A DNA stretch of 64,000 nucleotides from Squalus acanthias (Eukaryota), in the NCBI GenBank assembly GCA_030390025.1, contig CM059431.1:134356001-134420000 (forward strand), in the 5' to 3' direction. The notes under the pieces were generated by a model that worked only from the letters and a program-made list of their open reading frames with translations, did not search any database and was not told the DNA's origin. The translations under genes and the position numbers were made by a program. This document shows positions 36,255-48,558 of the stretch, piece by piece; within the stretch, counting starts at the first letter, position 1; every line of letters starts with the position of its first letter.

Positions 36255-37717
36255 TAGAACATAATAAGTAAGAGCAGGAGTAGGCCATGTGGCCCCTTGA
36301 GCCTGCTCCGCCATTCAATAAGATCATGGCTGATCATCGACCTCAACTCCACTTTCCTGCCCGATCTCCATATCCCTTGATTCCCCTGGAGTCCAAAAAT
36401 CTATCTATCTCAGCCTTGAATATACTCAAAGACTCCACATTCACAGCCCTCTGGGGCAGAGAATTCCAAAGATTCACAACCCTCTGAGTGAAGAAATTCT
36501 TCCTCATCTCAGTCTTAAATGGCCGACACCTTATCCTGAGACTATGCCCCCTAGTTCTAGACACTCCAGCTAGGGGAAACAACCTCTCTGCATCTACTGT
36601 CAATCCCCTTCAGAATCTTGTATGTTTCAATGAGATCACCTCTCATTCTTCTAAACTCCAGAGAGTATAGGCCCATTCTACACAATCTCTCATCATAGGA
36701 CAGCCCTCTCATCCCAAGAATCAGTCCAGTGAACCTTCATTGCACTTCCTATCAGACAAGTATATCCTTCCTTAGATAAGGATCTCAAAACTGTACATGG
36801 CACTCCAGGTGTGGTCTCACCAAGGCCCTATATAATTGTAGTAAGATTTCTTTACTCTTATACTCCAATCCCTTTGTAATAAAGGCTAATACAGGAAACT
36901 TTCGTTTATCCGGCATCGACGGGACCGGCGTGGTGCCGGTTTATCGAAAGTACCGGATAACGGAGAGTTATATCTACCGAGGCTATTTTTAACAGAGACT
37001 CCAGGCAGCGCGGGAGAATCAACTCCTGCTACTGCAGTGTTTCGGACTTCCGACAGCGCCAGGAGGCAGAGTAGTGGGACTTTTGAAAAGTACCCCTACT
37101 GACTAAATCGGCGTTCTCGGACTCGGGATCGGCAACATTGCCGGTTATTTGAGAGGAGTTTTCGGAGCACTCGGCGTTCGCGGAGACTCGACTGCGACTC
37201 GGCAACATTGCCGGTTATTTGAGAGGAGTTTTCGGAGGATGATTTTTGCCGGTTAAGCGAGAATTCCGGATATTTGGGTGCCGGATAAACGAGTTTCCTG
37301 TATACCATTTGTTTTCCTAATTGCTTGCTGTACCTGTATGTTAACTTTCTGTGATTCATGTACAAGGACACCCAGGCCTCGCTGAATACCAACATTTCCC
37401 AGTCTCACCATTTAATAAATTTTCTACCTTTCTATTTTTCCTAACAAAATGGATAACTTCACACTTATCCACATTATATTCCATCTGCCATGTTCTTGCC
37501 GACTCACCTTAACCTGTCTATATCCCTTTGCAGCCTCTTTGCGTCCTCCTCACTGCTTACTTTCCCACCTAACTTTGTATATTCAGCAAACTTGGATACA
37601 TTACACTTGGTCCCCTCATTTAAGTCATTGATACATAGCTGAGGCCCAAGCACTGATCCTTGTGGTACCCCACTAGTTACAGCCTGCCAACCTGAAAATG
37701 ACCCGTTTATCCCTGCT
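36255..37717 (-). mobile_element. CR1 3' portion hosting a pogo-like MITE
   Basis: Minus ORF SRTRGHSLRIR...NFFTQRVVNLWNSLP; CR1 tail at 36255. Confidence 0.87.
36892..37300. mobile_element. pogo/Tigger-like MITE, relative of 5892-6252
   Basis: TA-CAGGAAACT...GAGTTTCCTG-TA; internal ~38-bp direct repeat at 37129 and 37199. Confidence 0.85.
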
Positions 37718-37793
37718 TAAGTGCAGCAAATGAGATAGATGATGTGGAGGGAAGTATTTGCGTTTAACTCTGAATCTATCCTTTGTTTTTCAG

Positions 37794-37946
37794 CTAAAAT
37801 CTAACCCCAATGAGAAAGAAGAAAATGAAGCAAAGTCCCAATTAACTAAAGCAGATGAATTGCAACGGATGATTACGCAGGCACGAGCTGCATTTGAACA
37901 ACAGGATTACACAGCTGCAATTGAATTCCTAGACATTCTGATTGAG
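37794..37946 (+). CDS. DNAJC3: DNAJC3 coding exon (exon 5 equivalent), GC donor
   Basis: ttttcag| acceptor; 153 nt; LKSNPNEKEENEAKSQLTKADELQRMITQARAAFEQQDYTAAIEFLDILIE; donor GAG|gcaagt. Confidence 0.93.
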
Positions 37947-38727
37947 GCAAGTTTTAGCTATACTTATTCATAGGAAATAGAGCATAGAATGATATAGCTG
38001 ATGGGGAAGAACTCTCTTCCACTATTTTATCATTACTCTATAGGAAATAACAATTGCACAGCTGTGCATTCCTGTAATTTAATTAGCTGGTTGTTGATTA
38101 CAGATGGAAAAGAAGCCATTTTTTTTTTGTAATTGGAATTTCAGACCCATGTTCTCCGATTTGACCCTTTATCAACCTCTGTAACCATGGAACAGTGCAA
38201 TTTACCTATTTGCATAGAACCTTTCTCCCCTTCTCAACCCCCTGCCTCCCCCATCTTTTTTTAATCATTCTATTACCCATTTCTTTTGTGTTGATCTGTT
38301 TCATTGCTGTAAATCTATTTAATATTTCTACTCTTGGAAGTCCCATTATCAATTTTTCATTTTATAACTCCTGACCTTCCAAGAATCCTCATTTTACCCA
38401 TTGTACAAATACACCTTGCTAATGTTGCATTCTGATATTGCATCAGTACACCTGTCCTTTATTTTGCTTAGCTTTTTCTGTAAATGGACATCTGTAACCT
38501 TGTACTATGCAGACCAATGTTAATGCTCTGTGTATAGACATTTGAAGGTTCTTGTATGTTTTTACATAGGTATTGGCGACACAATTTTGAAAACTAAATA
38601 CTTATTAATTTTAATAATCTTATGGAAGCCGAAATAAATCATCATATGGCCTGTATTAAATGGGGCGGGGGGGGGGGGGGGGAAATCTCTGGAAAATTCC
38701 TCCTGGTTGACTGGGATTTATTATCGG

Positions 38728-39047
38728 CTCCCACAAACAGCAATGTGATAATGACCAGATAATCTGATTTTTGTTATGATGGTTGAGGGATAAATATTGG
38801 CCAGGACACCAGGGATAACTCTCCTGTTCTTTGAAATAGTACCGCGGGATCTTTTACGTTCACTTGAGAGCAGGTGGGTCCTCGATTTAACATCTCATCC
38901 GAAAGACGGCACCTCCGACAGTGCAGCACTCCCTTAACTCTGCACTGGAGTGTCAACCTACATTTTTGTGCTCCAGTCTCTAGAGTGGGACCTGAACCCA
39001 CGACCGTCTAAATCAGAGGCGCGAGTGCTACCCAATGAGCCACAGCT
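38728..39047 (-). mobile_element. Deu-domain SINE (tail missing)
   Basis: Reverse complement of the 895-1220 region. Confidence 0.8.
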
Positions 39048-39717
39048 CAGAAAAAATTCTGTAAACAGACGAGCGCTTATATTTCCCTCTCTAAATACTC
39101 TAAATAAACTTTTCATCTTAAACTGCTATAGATCAGTGCAACATTTAAGTTGTAGCTCTGGCTTTGGATGGTCAGAGGCAACACATTCTAGCCATTTTAT
39201 TGAGCCGATTGTAACTTGTATTGCAGTAACTGCCTCAAAATGGGGTCGGTAACCTTATCCCCCGCGATAATCTCGACGATGCGGCTGGTGCCAATTTGAA
39301 ATGAGCCTACCGCTGGGTGTCCGACGTGCCTGCCTGTTACAGGCGGTAGGCACACTTCAATACGCATATAGGGGGTCCAAGGACCCCGCTTGCCACTTTA
39401 TGTTGGAAATGATCGGAGCTTGTGCCGTGTACTGCACACTCTGAACATTGACAGGCAACAGAAGAGAAGAGGCCCAGCCGAGCTAAGTTCGATATTATTT
39501 CTGTGGGGCCAAGAGGAGCAGGAATCCTTGTCCAGACCCCAAAAAAATAACTTGGGCTGTTACCACCTGGTACCCTCCCATCCCTCAAAGAGCTATTTCA
39601 TGCTCTTACATTTCTACCGGCCTGGAAGGCCCAATATTGTTGGGCCTTAGGCGAGCTGCATAGCGATGCCAGTTTGGTAATTCGCAGCTTGCCAGTCTGA
39701 TGTTAATGCTCAAAATC

Positions 39718-42435
39718 AACAACAACAATCACTTGCATTTATATAGCGCCTTTTAACGTAGTAAGGTGCTTCACAGGAATGTTATCAAACAAAATTTGAC
39801 ACCCAGCCACATGAGATATTAGGATAGGTAAGAGTTAGGTACTAAGGAGCATCTTAAAGGAGGAGAGAGAGAGAGCAATGTTCCCTCTAAATTTTTTTTG
39901 TACTGACTGGACCACAAACTCCTTTTGAGTGCGACCTTTTTTGTCCATGGGCAAATTTTACATCGACAGCAACCACTTAAAAGCATATATATAGTAATGC
40001 CATATTGCCATCCACCATCTCAAATCATGAGACAATCAGACCAACTCTTAAAAATTATAATCATAGAATCAGAGAATGGTTACAGCACAGAAGGAGGCCA
40101 TTCGGCCAGTCAAGCCCGTCCCGGCTCTCTGCAAGAGCACTTCAGCTAGTCCCACTCCCCCGCCCTTTCCCCATAGCCCTGCAAATTTTTTTCCTTCAGG
40201 TACTTATCCAATTCCCTTTTGAAAGCTACGATTAAGTCTGCCTCCATCACCCTTTCAGGCATTGCATTCCAGATCCTAACAACTCGCTGCGTAAAAAGTT
40301 TTTCCTCATGTCGCCTTTGGTTCTTTTGCCTTTTCACCTTAAATCTGTGTCCTCTGGTTCTCGACCATTCTGCCAATGGGAACAGTTTCTCTCTATCTAC
40401 TCTGTCCAGACACCTCATGATTTTGAACACCTCTATCAAATCACCTCACAACCTTCTCTGCTGTAAGGAGAACAACCTCAACTTCTCCAGTCTATCCACG
40501 TAACTGAATTCCTTCATCCCTGGAATCATTCTTGTAAATCTTTTCATAGAATCATAGAAATTTACAGCACAGAAGGAGGCCATTCGGCCCATCTTGTCCG
40601 TGCTGGCCGACAAAGCTATCCACCCTAATCCCACTTTCCAGCACTTGGTCCGTAGCCTTGTAGGTTAGGGCACTCCAGTGCATATCCAAGTACTTTTTAA
40701 ATGTGATGAGGGTCTCTGCCTCTACCACCCTTTCAGGCAGTGAGTTCCAGACCCCCACCACCCTCTGGGTAAAAACATTTCTGTAGCCATGTTTGATTTA
40801 AACCGTTGATTTCTCTGACTGCCACTTTTGGTTTTTCTCCTTCCGATCTTTTGCTTTTATCCTTGTTTCCCTTTCCTCTGTTTCCCTGCTCAGGTTCCCA
40901 ACCCCCTGCCATTTTAGTTTAAACCCTCCCCCAGAGCACTAGCAAACACTCCCCCTAGGACATCGGTCCCGGCCCTGCCCAGGTGCAGACCGTCTGGTTT
41001 GTACTGGTCCCACCTCCCCCAGAACCGGTTCCAATGTCCCAGGAATTTGAATCCCTCCCCCTTGCACCATTCCTCTAGCCACGTATTCATCTGAAATATC
41101 CTTCTATTTCTACTCTGACTAGCACGTGGCACTGGTAGCAATCCTGAGATTACTACCTTTTGAGGTCCTATTTTTTAATTTACTTCCTAACTTCCTATAT
41201 TCAGCTTTTAGGACCTCATCCCCTTTTTTACCTATATCATTGGTACATATATGCACCACGACAACTGGCTGTTCACCCTCCCCTTCCAAAATGTTCTGCA
41301 GCCACTCTGAGACATCCTTGACCCTTGCACCAGGGAGACAACACACCATCCTGGAGTCTCATTTGCGGCCGCAGAAATGCCTATCTATTCCCCTTACAAT
41401 AGAATCCCCTATCACTATAGCTCTACCCCTCTTTTTCCTCCCATCCTGTGCAGCAGAGCCACCCCTGGTGCCAGGAAGTTGGCTGCTGCTGCCTTCCTCT
41501 GATGAGCCATCCCCCCCAACAGTATTCAAAGTGGTATATCTGTTTGAGAGGGGGATGTCCACAGGGGACTCCTGCACTACCTGCCTGCGCCTACTACTCT
41601 GTCTGTTGGTCACCCATTCCCTTTCTGCCTGTGCATCCTTTGCCTGCGGTGTGACCAACTGCTCAAATGTGATATCCACGACGTCCTCAGCATCGCGAAT
41701 GGTCCAGTACGTATCCAATCGCAGCTCCAGCGCCGTAATGCGGTCTGCCAGTAGCTGGATAAACTTCCTGCACACATGGTTGTCGGGCACAGGAAGTGTC
41801 CCTGAGTTCCCACATAGCGCAGGAGGAGCATACCACGGGGCCGAGCTCTCCTGCCATGACTTACCCTTTAATTAATTCAAATTAAATTAAATCAATCCCA
41901 CCAATTACACTACAGTTAAATGATATACTTAAGGGCCCTGGTTTACCAACAGTCCCCGCTGCACCACAGAGAGCTTAGAAACTATAAACCACAGAGTTTA
42001 AGTTTAAAAAGAGAGAAATACTCACCCTCAGCTCAAGCTCAGGTTTAGGGGAGGGAATTCCATAGCTTGGGGCCAATTAGCTGAAGGCACGGCCGCCACT
42101 GATGGAGTGATTAAAATAGGGGATGCACGAGAGACCAGAATTGGAGGAGGGCAGAGATCTCTGACGGTTGTAGGGCTGGAGAAGGTTACAGAGATAGTGA
42201 GGGGCGAGGCCATGGAGGGATTTGAAAACAAGGGTGAGAATGTTTATATTGCGGTATTTCCGGTCCGGGAGCCAATGTACGTCAGCGACCACGGGTGAGG
42301 GGTGAACGGGACTTGGTGTGAGTTAGAATATGAGCAGCAGAGTTTTGGATGAGCTCAAGTTTATGGAGGGTGGAAAGTGGGAGGCCGGCCAGGAGAGCAT
42401 TGGAATAGTCAAGTCTAGAGGTAATAAAGGCATCA
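39718..42435 (-). mobile_element. L2-like LINE 3' end (39718-39875 and ~42040-42435) split by DNA-element ends and CR1 pieces
   Basis: (aac)n-ttgcatttatatagcgcc tail; minus ORF HWLP...KSLHGLAPHYL...GGRAFS. Confidence 0.7.
40060..42030 (-). mobile_element. CR1 pieces: two 3' ends (40060-40545, 40545-40780) and a 5' part with ORF1 (zinc-finger/coiled-coil + SGNH esterase)
   Basis: HVCRKFIQL..LELRL, VIGDSIVRG, VVVHICTNDIG, YKPDGLHL. Confidence 0.85.
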
Positions 42436-42849
42436 CTGCCAGTTCATCGCTTCAATTGTGGGCGACCAGCCAGTTGGACTCCCAAAACTCAAAATAGATT
42501 CCATTGATGGCAAACACAGTTTGACCTGCATAGACATTCTTTTGAGTACAAGAAGTTTAACAAAACACCATGAAACCTTTATATAATATATAATCAATAT
42601 CCTGTGACGTTTCACATGGGGAGTTAATACCAAGTGCGCTTTAGAGTGGATAATTGCGGGGTGTTTGCTGAGAGGAGATGCAGGAGCTGAGCAGGTAACT
42701 CAAAGGAAAAGAGGTATGGACATAATTAATTGAACCCTTTTTCTTTTTTCTCTTTGAATGCTCTCATACTGTCTCTCACTTGTTCTCCACACTTTCCATG
42801 CGTACTGTTGCTCTTGCTCTGTGTGCACGTTCTTTTCCCTCCCGTGTTC

Positions 42850-43275
42850 TAATTCTCTCTTTCCAAGGATTGCCTGGCCTGCTAACCATCCGCCACCCTC
42901 CACAAACTTCAGCTGATCCAAAACTCTGATGCCCATGTCCTGTCCTCATCCATCATCCCTATCCTCAGTCACTTAATTTGGCTCTCGGTGCCCGCAAAAT
43001 TTAAAATGTTCATCCTCGTGTTTAAATCTCTTCATGGCCTTTCCCCTTCCTATCTCTGATCTCCTTCAGCCCTTTACCCCCCCAACCCCCACCCCCAACT
43101 CTTTGTTCCCATGATTCTTGCCTCTTGTGCATCCCCCCCCCCCCTTGCCTCACCATTGGAAAGCCCTCCTAATATCTCCTTTGGCTCGACACTCATTGTT
43201 TGATTATTCCTCCGTGGTGCGCATTGGGACATTTTTCTATTTTAAAGGCGCTATATAAATGCAAGTTGTTGTCGT
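42850..43275 (+). mobile_element. L2-like LINE 3' end
   Basis: cagctgatccaaaactctgatgccc ... tail aaaggcgctatataaatgcaagttgttgt. Confidence 0.7.
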
Positions 43276-43339
43276 AAGTTTTTTAAAATATACTATGCAA
43301 TTTAGTACTGAAGGCCTCTTTGTCTTTCTTCTGCATCAG

Positions 43340-43521
43340 ACCTGTGTTTGGGATTCTGAGTTAAGAGAACTCCGGGCGGAATGCTACATACAGATTGATG
43401 AAAGTGGAAAAGCAATAAATGACTTGAAAGCAGCATCAAAGCTTAAATATGACAACACTAAAGCATTCTACAAAATCAGTATAATCTATTACCAGCTTGG
43501 AGACCATGAAATGTCTCTTGG
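43340..43521 (+). CDS. DNAJC3: DNAJC3 coding exon (exon 6 equivalent)
   Basis: catcag| ... GG|gtaagt; 182 nt; TCVWDSELRELRAECYIQIDESGKAINDLKAASKLKYDNTKAFYKISIIYYQLGDHEMSL(G). Confidence 0.96.
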
Positions 43522-43772
43522 GTAAGTATCCTACTCTTTGGTTTTTCTTCCATTAATTTTCTGAGATTTTTAAACTGCAAATGTCTTTGTCAGTTTGTTC
43601 AGTTCAGTTTATTCTGTTCGCCATTCCATCAATTTTGGTTGGAGGTGTTTGATGTAAAATATTTTGTAGGATGAATTCTTATCTAGGAGAAATCTAGAAT
43701 TTCAGTTGCTACCTTTTTGAAGTATCAAACAAGTAATTGTGTTGTAGTCCTTTAACATTCTTGGCACATTTA

Positions 43773-44200
43773 AAGAAAGACTTGCATTTATATAGCGCTT
43801 TACAGCCAATTAAGTACTTTTTTCTTTGAAGTGGAGTCGCTGTTGCAATGTGGGAAACGCGGCAGCCATTTGCGCACAGCAAGCTCCCACAAACAGCAAT
43901 GTGATAATGACCAGATAATTTTTTTTTTGTTTTGTTGGCTGAGGGATAAATATTGGCCAGGACACCAGGGATAACTCCCCTTCGAAATAGTGCCATGGGA
44001 TCTTTTACATCCAGCTGAGAGCAGATGGGGCCTCGGTTTAACATCTCATCCGAAAGACGGCACCTCCGACAGTGCAACACTCCCTCAGCACTGTACTGGA
44101 GTGTCTGCCTAGCTTTATGTGCTCAAGCCCCTGGAGTGGGACTTGAACCCACAACCTTCTGACTGAGGCGAGTGTGCTAACAACTGAGCCACAGCTGACA
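43773..44200 (-). mobile_element. Near full-length Deu-domain SINE
   Basis: Reverse complement of 895-1350, including B-box gggacttgaacc. Confidence 0.85.
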
Positions 44201-44984
44201 CTTATCTCTTGAGATATAAAGGGTAGTTTTGCACTCATTGGGATCATGGGTTGGAGATAGGGCTATAACAGCGTAGCCACAATTCTCTTGACCTAGCCAG
44301 GGACACTCATCCTCAACAATTTATTTTTGTTTCAATAGTGAGAAAAAACAGCAGGGAGATGAGGACAAATTTTTTTACTCAGCAAGTTATGATTGGGAAT
44401 GCATTGCCTGAAAGGGTGGTGGAAGCAGATTCAATAGTAACATTCAAAATGTAATTGGATAAATACTTAATGGGGAAAAATGTGCAGGGATATTGGGAAA
44501 GAGTAGGGAAGTGGAACTAATTGGACAGCTCTTTCAGAGAGCTGGCACAGGCATGATGGTCCGAATGGCTTCCTTCTGTGCTGTATGATTCTATGATTCC
44601 AAGAGTTGCTGATGAGGCCTTGGTCAGTCATGTGTGTTTATTGCACCATGAATTATTTTATAATGGAACGAATGTTACATCCCCGTTTTGGCTTTTTTTT
44701 AAAAAATGCTACATAACAGGTACTATAATCTCATTTATGCAGCATCCGTATACAAATAGAAATGATCATTATTCATGGGGGGGGCGAAGATTACCTAGGC
44801 ATATTTTCCTTTAACAATTTCATGTAATACTCTTGGTCGCGAGATCTTTCCCGCGTGTAGGTGTGTTTTTAAAAAAAAAATACATACTAGTAGATCAGTG
44901 GCGTTGGTCGCGAAGTTGTCGGATACGCTGTCTTATGACAATAGGACTGTTAACAACAACTTGCATTTATATAGCATCTTTAAT

Positions 44985-46585
44985 GGCCGCGATTTCGCCA
45001 TCTGAGGCGGGATTGCGGCGGGAGAGGTATTTGGTGAGTCACGGTCCCGCTCCGACTCCAGCCGCTCTGAAAAGGATTTTACATTAATTGGACTTGTTAA
45101 GCCTGCCATGCGCGTTTCCCAGCTAATTAAAAGGAAGCGGGTTTGATGACGCGTCATCAGCCGGTTTCCTTAAAGGGACCATGCCCACATTCATTTTGAC
45201 AGTTGTGCTGTCAGTGTTCTGCAGCATTGAGGTGCTGCAAACACTGACAAGCACTGCACAAAGGTGGACGGCTGCACCCAGGCTCTCCCATGACTCCCTC
45301 CATATGCTTATGGAGGGAGTCACAGCATGCAGGGAGGTTCTCTTCCCTTCCAAGGGCGGAAGAGACCTCCCCAGGACACCAACGCAGCCTGATTGCATAG
45401 GAGTGCAAAAGCAGGGATGTCGTCAGGAGTATCTGGGTGCAGTGGCACAAACCTTTCAATGATCACGGTAGATCACGAAGCGTTACTGCAAAGCCACACT
45501 CAACCTCATCCTGTTGTGCCACTCATCACATCCCCATAACTCTGCCTTCCCTACCCTACTCCTGCACATCTTTACTCACACCAACTTACCTTGCACCTCC
45601 ACCCATCCCTCTCTATTTACATAATCACTGCCCCATCTCACTAGCCGCCCCTCGCACTCGCCCTCATCCTAGTGCAATCATACCAACTAACAACACACAA
45701 AGGTGTTTTATGCAATGTTCATGTAAATTTTCTGTTAATGTGTTGTCAAACATTGAAACCTTTATTTTCAACATTTTGCCTCATTGAACAGATCTGTGCT
45801 CACCTTTGGAAGTGTCTTAGTGAGTTCCAGTGAATGTTGGGACATGACTTTCCCCTGCCCCCTGCCCCAATTGTGACGTGTGAAAGGAATGGCTTGGACA
45901 TTGTAGGGATGCTTTATGGTGCTGGTGTGGGATGGTGTCAACCTGGTGCATCATGTGGCAGCCAGGGTGTACAGCGTCAAGTGAAGTAAATCTGGCCATG
46001 GTGATGCCATCGCCGGCCTGCCAGGTGCTGGTGTCCTGTGCAGCATCAGGTGATTGCGGAGAAAGTTGCTGGTGTTGTTGGTATGCCTGGTGCTGCTGGT
46101 GTTGGGTCTGATCGTGGAGGGATTCAGAGGACCAAGTTGAGATCTTTTCAAGGGCACACTTCCAAACTGCGTACAGCTCAAAATTGTTTTTCAAGTCCTG
46201 AAGGCTCAAGCTTCTGACCAGCTGTGAAATAGTAGCTTTTATACCACTTTTGCAGCTGTCACCTATTCACAGCAATGGGAAGACATAGAGAACCCGACCT
46301 ACTTAACTGACGAGATCTCCAAACGACGTGAATCTCGCTAAAAAAGTGGTAAAATATAAAAAGGCTGGCAAAATAGTAGTTAACGAGCATTGAACAAGCA
46401 TTTAACTATCTTAAATGCGTCCCCTGCCACTTGGTATCGGGTCTGTTCTGAAATGGCAGACCCGACACTTTGGAAACTTACATGGAGGCGGGTTCGGAGC
46501 GGGCTCCCAACCCGCTGTCAATCATTTCGATTTTGACTGGTCCCGCCTCCAAACCTGCACTCTGAGCGCCGGCAAAATTCAGCCC
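44985..46585. mobile_element. Internally deleted Harbinger transposon with a Myb/SANT-like gene remnant
   Basis: Perfect AAT TSD inside an L2-type tail; TIRs GGCCGCGATTTCGCC / GGCAAAATTCAGCCC; + strand AAPRLSHDSLHMLMEGV..REVLFP...VQWHKPFND. Confidence 0.8.
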
Positions 46586-46899
46586 AATGTAGTAAAACGT
46601 CCCTCGGCTATTCAGAAGTGTTGTCAGACAAAATTTGACACCGAGCCGCATTATCAGCAAAGAGTGACGGGGAAAAAGTTACAGAATGCGTGACACTTCT
46701 CGGCAGTGCACAATATAATAATTATAGATAGAAACGTGTCCTTAGTTCCTACATTCTGTCTGTGGCACCTTCACTGTAGTCTACCTACAACAAAGTCATC
46801 ACTTTGCAACACTATTATTCATAGTAAATTACAAGGAAATTGTGCTGCAGTGTGTAGCACAGGAAATGTTGGCTTGGTTTGATCTGAGGCAACCCAATA

Positions 46900-47280
46900 T
46901 GGTTTTTTTCTCTCTCCCACATGGCAGCTGTCTTTCATTCTGCCAGTGCCATTTACACTTCATCTAGAGCCATCTTTTGTTAACTTGTCCTGTTACCATC
47001 TCCTTTTGCCTTGCACCATCTCTTAATGTCTCTTAATCTCTCCTGCCTTCCATCCTATCACAGACCTTCCCTTTTGTTCTTTCCTCCCCTCCCCCCTCTC
47101 CCTGCCCTTACACTTGCTTAAAAACCTGTTCCATCTCCAGCTTTTTCCAGTTCTGACGAAGGGTCATCGACCTGAAACGTTAACTCTGTTTCTGTTTCCA
47201 CAGATGCTGCCTGACCTGAGTATTTCCAGCATTTTCTGTTTTTATTGCAGATTTCCAGCATCCGCAGTATTTTGCTTTCG
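46900..47280 (+). mobile_element. Penelope-like element 3' end
   Basis: Reverse-complement match to 15505-15800; contains a hammerhead motif. Confidence 0.8.
47149..47185 (+). ncRNA. Minimal type I hammerhead ribozyme
   Basis: AGUU-CUGACGA-A-GGGUC-AUC-GACCU-GAAA-CGUU-AACU; palindromic AACGUU. Confidence 0.72.
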
Positions 47281-47356
47281 TAAAAAGATTTTCTCTTTCA
47301 GTTCAGTGTTTTTCTTTTTGTTTTGGCGGGGATAAGAGCAGAGGGGAAGAGGTTAA

Positions 47357-48048
47357 AATCCTAGAATGGTTACAGCACAGAAGGAGGCCATTCGGCCCAT
47401 CAAGCCCGTGCTGGCTCTTTGCAAAGAGCACTTCAGTTAGTCCCACTCCCTCACCCTTTCCTCGTAGCCCTGCAATTTTTTTTTCCTTCAGGTATTTATC
47501 CAATTCCCTTTTGAAAGCCATGATTGAGTCTGCCTCCACCACCCTTTCAGGCAGTGCCTTCCAGATCCTAACCACTCACTGCATAAAGTTTTTCCTCAAT
47601 GTCGCCTTTGGTTCTTTTGCCAATCACCTTAAATCTGTGTCTTCTGGTTCTCGCCCCTTCCGCAATGGGAACAGTTTCTCTCTCTACTCTGTCTAGACCC
47701 CTCATGATTTTGAACACCTCTTTTAAATCTCCTCTCAACCTTCTCTGCTCCAAGGAGAACAACCCCAGGTTCTCTAGTCTATCCACGTAACTGTTGTCCC
47801 TCATCCCTGGAATCATTCTCGTAAATCTTTTCTGCACCCTCTCTAAGCCTTCGCAACCTTCCTAAAGTGCGGTGCCTAGAATTGGACACAATACTCCAGT
47901 TGAGGCCGAACCAGTGTTTTATAAAGGTTCATCAAAACTTCCTTGCTTTTGTACTCTATGCCTCTCTTTATGAAGCCCAGGATCCCATATGCTTTTTTTA
48001 ACCGCTTTCTCAACCTGCCCTGCCACCTTCAACGATTTGTGCACATAT
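47357..48048 (-). mobile_element. CR1 3' fragment
   Basis: Minus ORFs QKRFTRMIPG...RLRGDLKEVFKI. Confidence 0.87.
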
Positions 48049-48224
48049 AGGGAAAAACAAGTTCATAGGGTTGGGAAAAAAACAAACTATAAAGTTTTTT
48101 GGACCTGAGCTCAACCCCACCTTACCCCATCATTTTTTTTGACTTTTGTGAATTAGAGTTTAGTCCTATGATCTTTTGCCAGCATTGCCTTAAATGATGT
48201 AACATTTTGTTTTGTTTTACACAG

Positions 48225-48344
48225 TGAAATTCGGGAATGCCTTAAATTGGACCCGGATCACAAACTGTGTTTTGCCCACTATAAGCAAGTGAAAAAACTC
48301 AACAAGCAGTTGGCAACTGGAGAAGACCTCATAAGACAAGAAAA
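48225..48344 (+). CDS. DNAJC3: DNAJC3 coding exon (exon 7 equivalent)
   Basis: acacag| ... AA|gtaaga; 120 nt; EIRECLKLDPDHKLCFAHYKQVKKLNKQLATGEDLIRQE(K). Confidence 0.96.
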
Positions 48345-48558
48345 GTAAGAGCATCTTAAAATTATTCCAGATTTGATCATTCAACTTGGAAGGCATTCTG
48401 TGGATACTAGAGTTTATGGGCATTGTTCAGCATAGCCTTATCGTGACACTGTCTAATCACAGTAATTGGAAATCACTGTGCTTATTACAACAAAGAATAC
48501 AGAAAATATTGCTTTTAATTCTTATAGTAGTGTAAATATTTTCTTTTCTGATATATAG

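Noticed and set aside
39200..39660. CpG-rich segment with small palindromes, possibly a decayed Harbinger MITE
   Set aside because: Could not define TIRs or a TSD.
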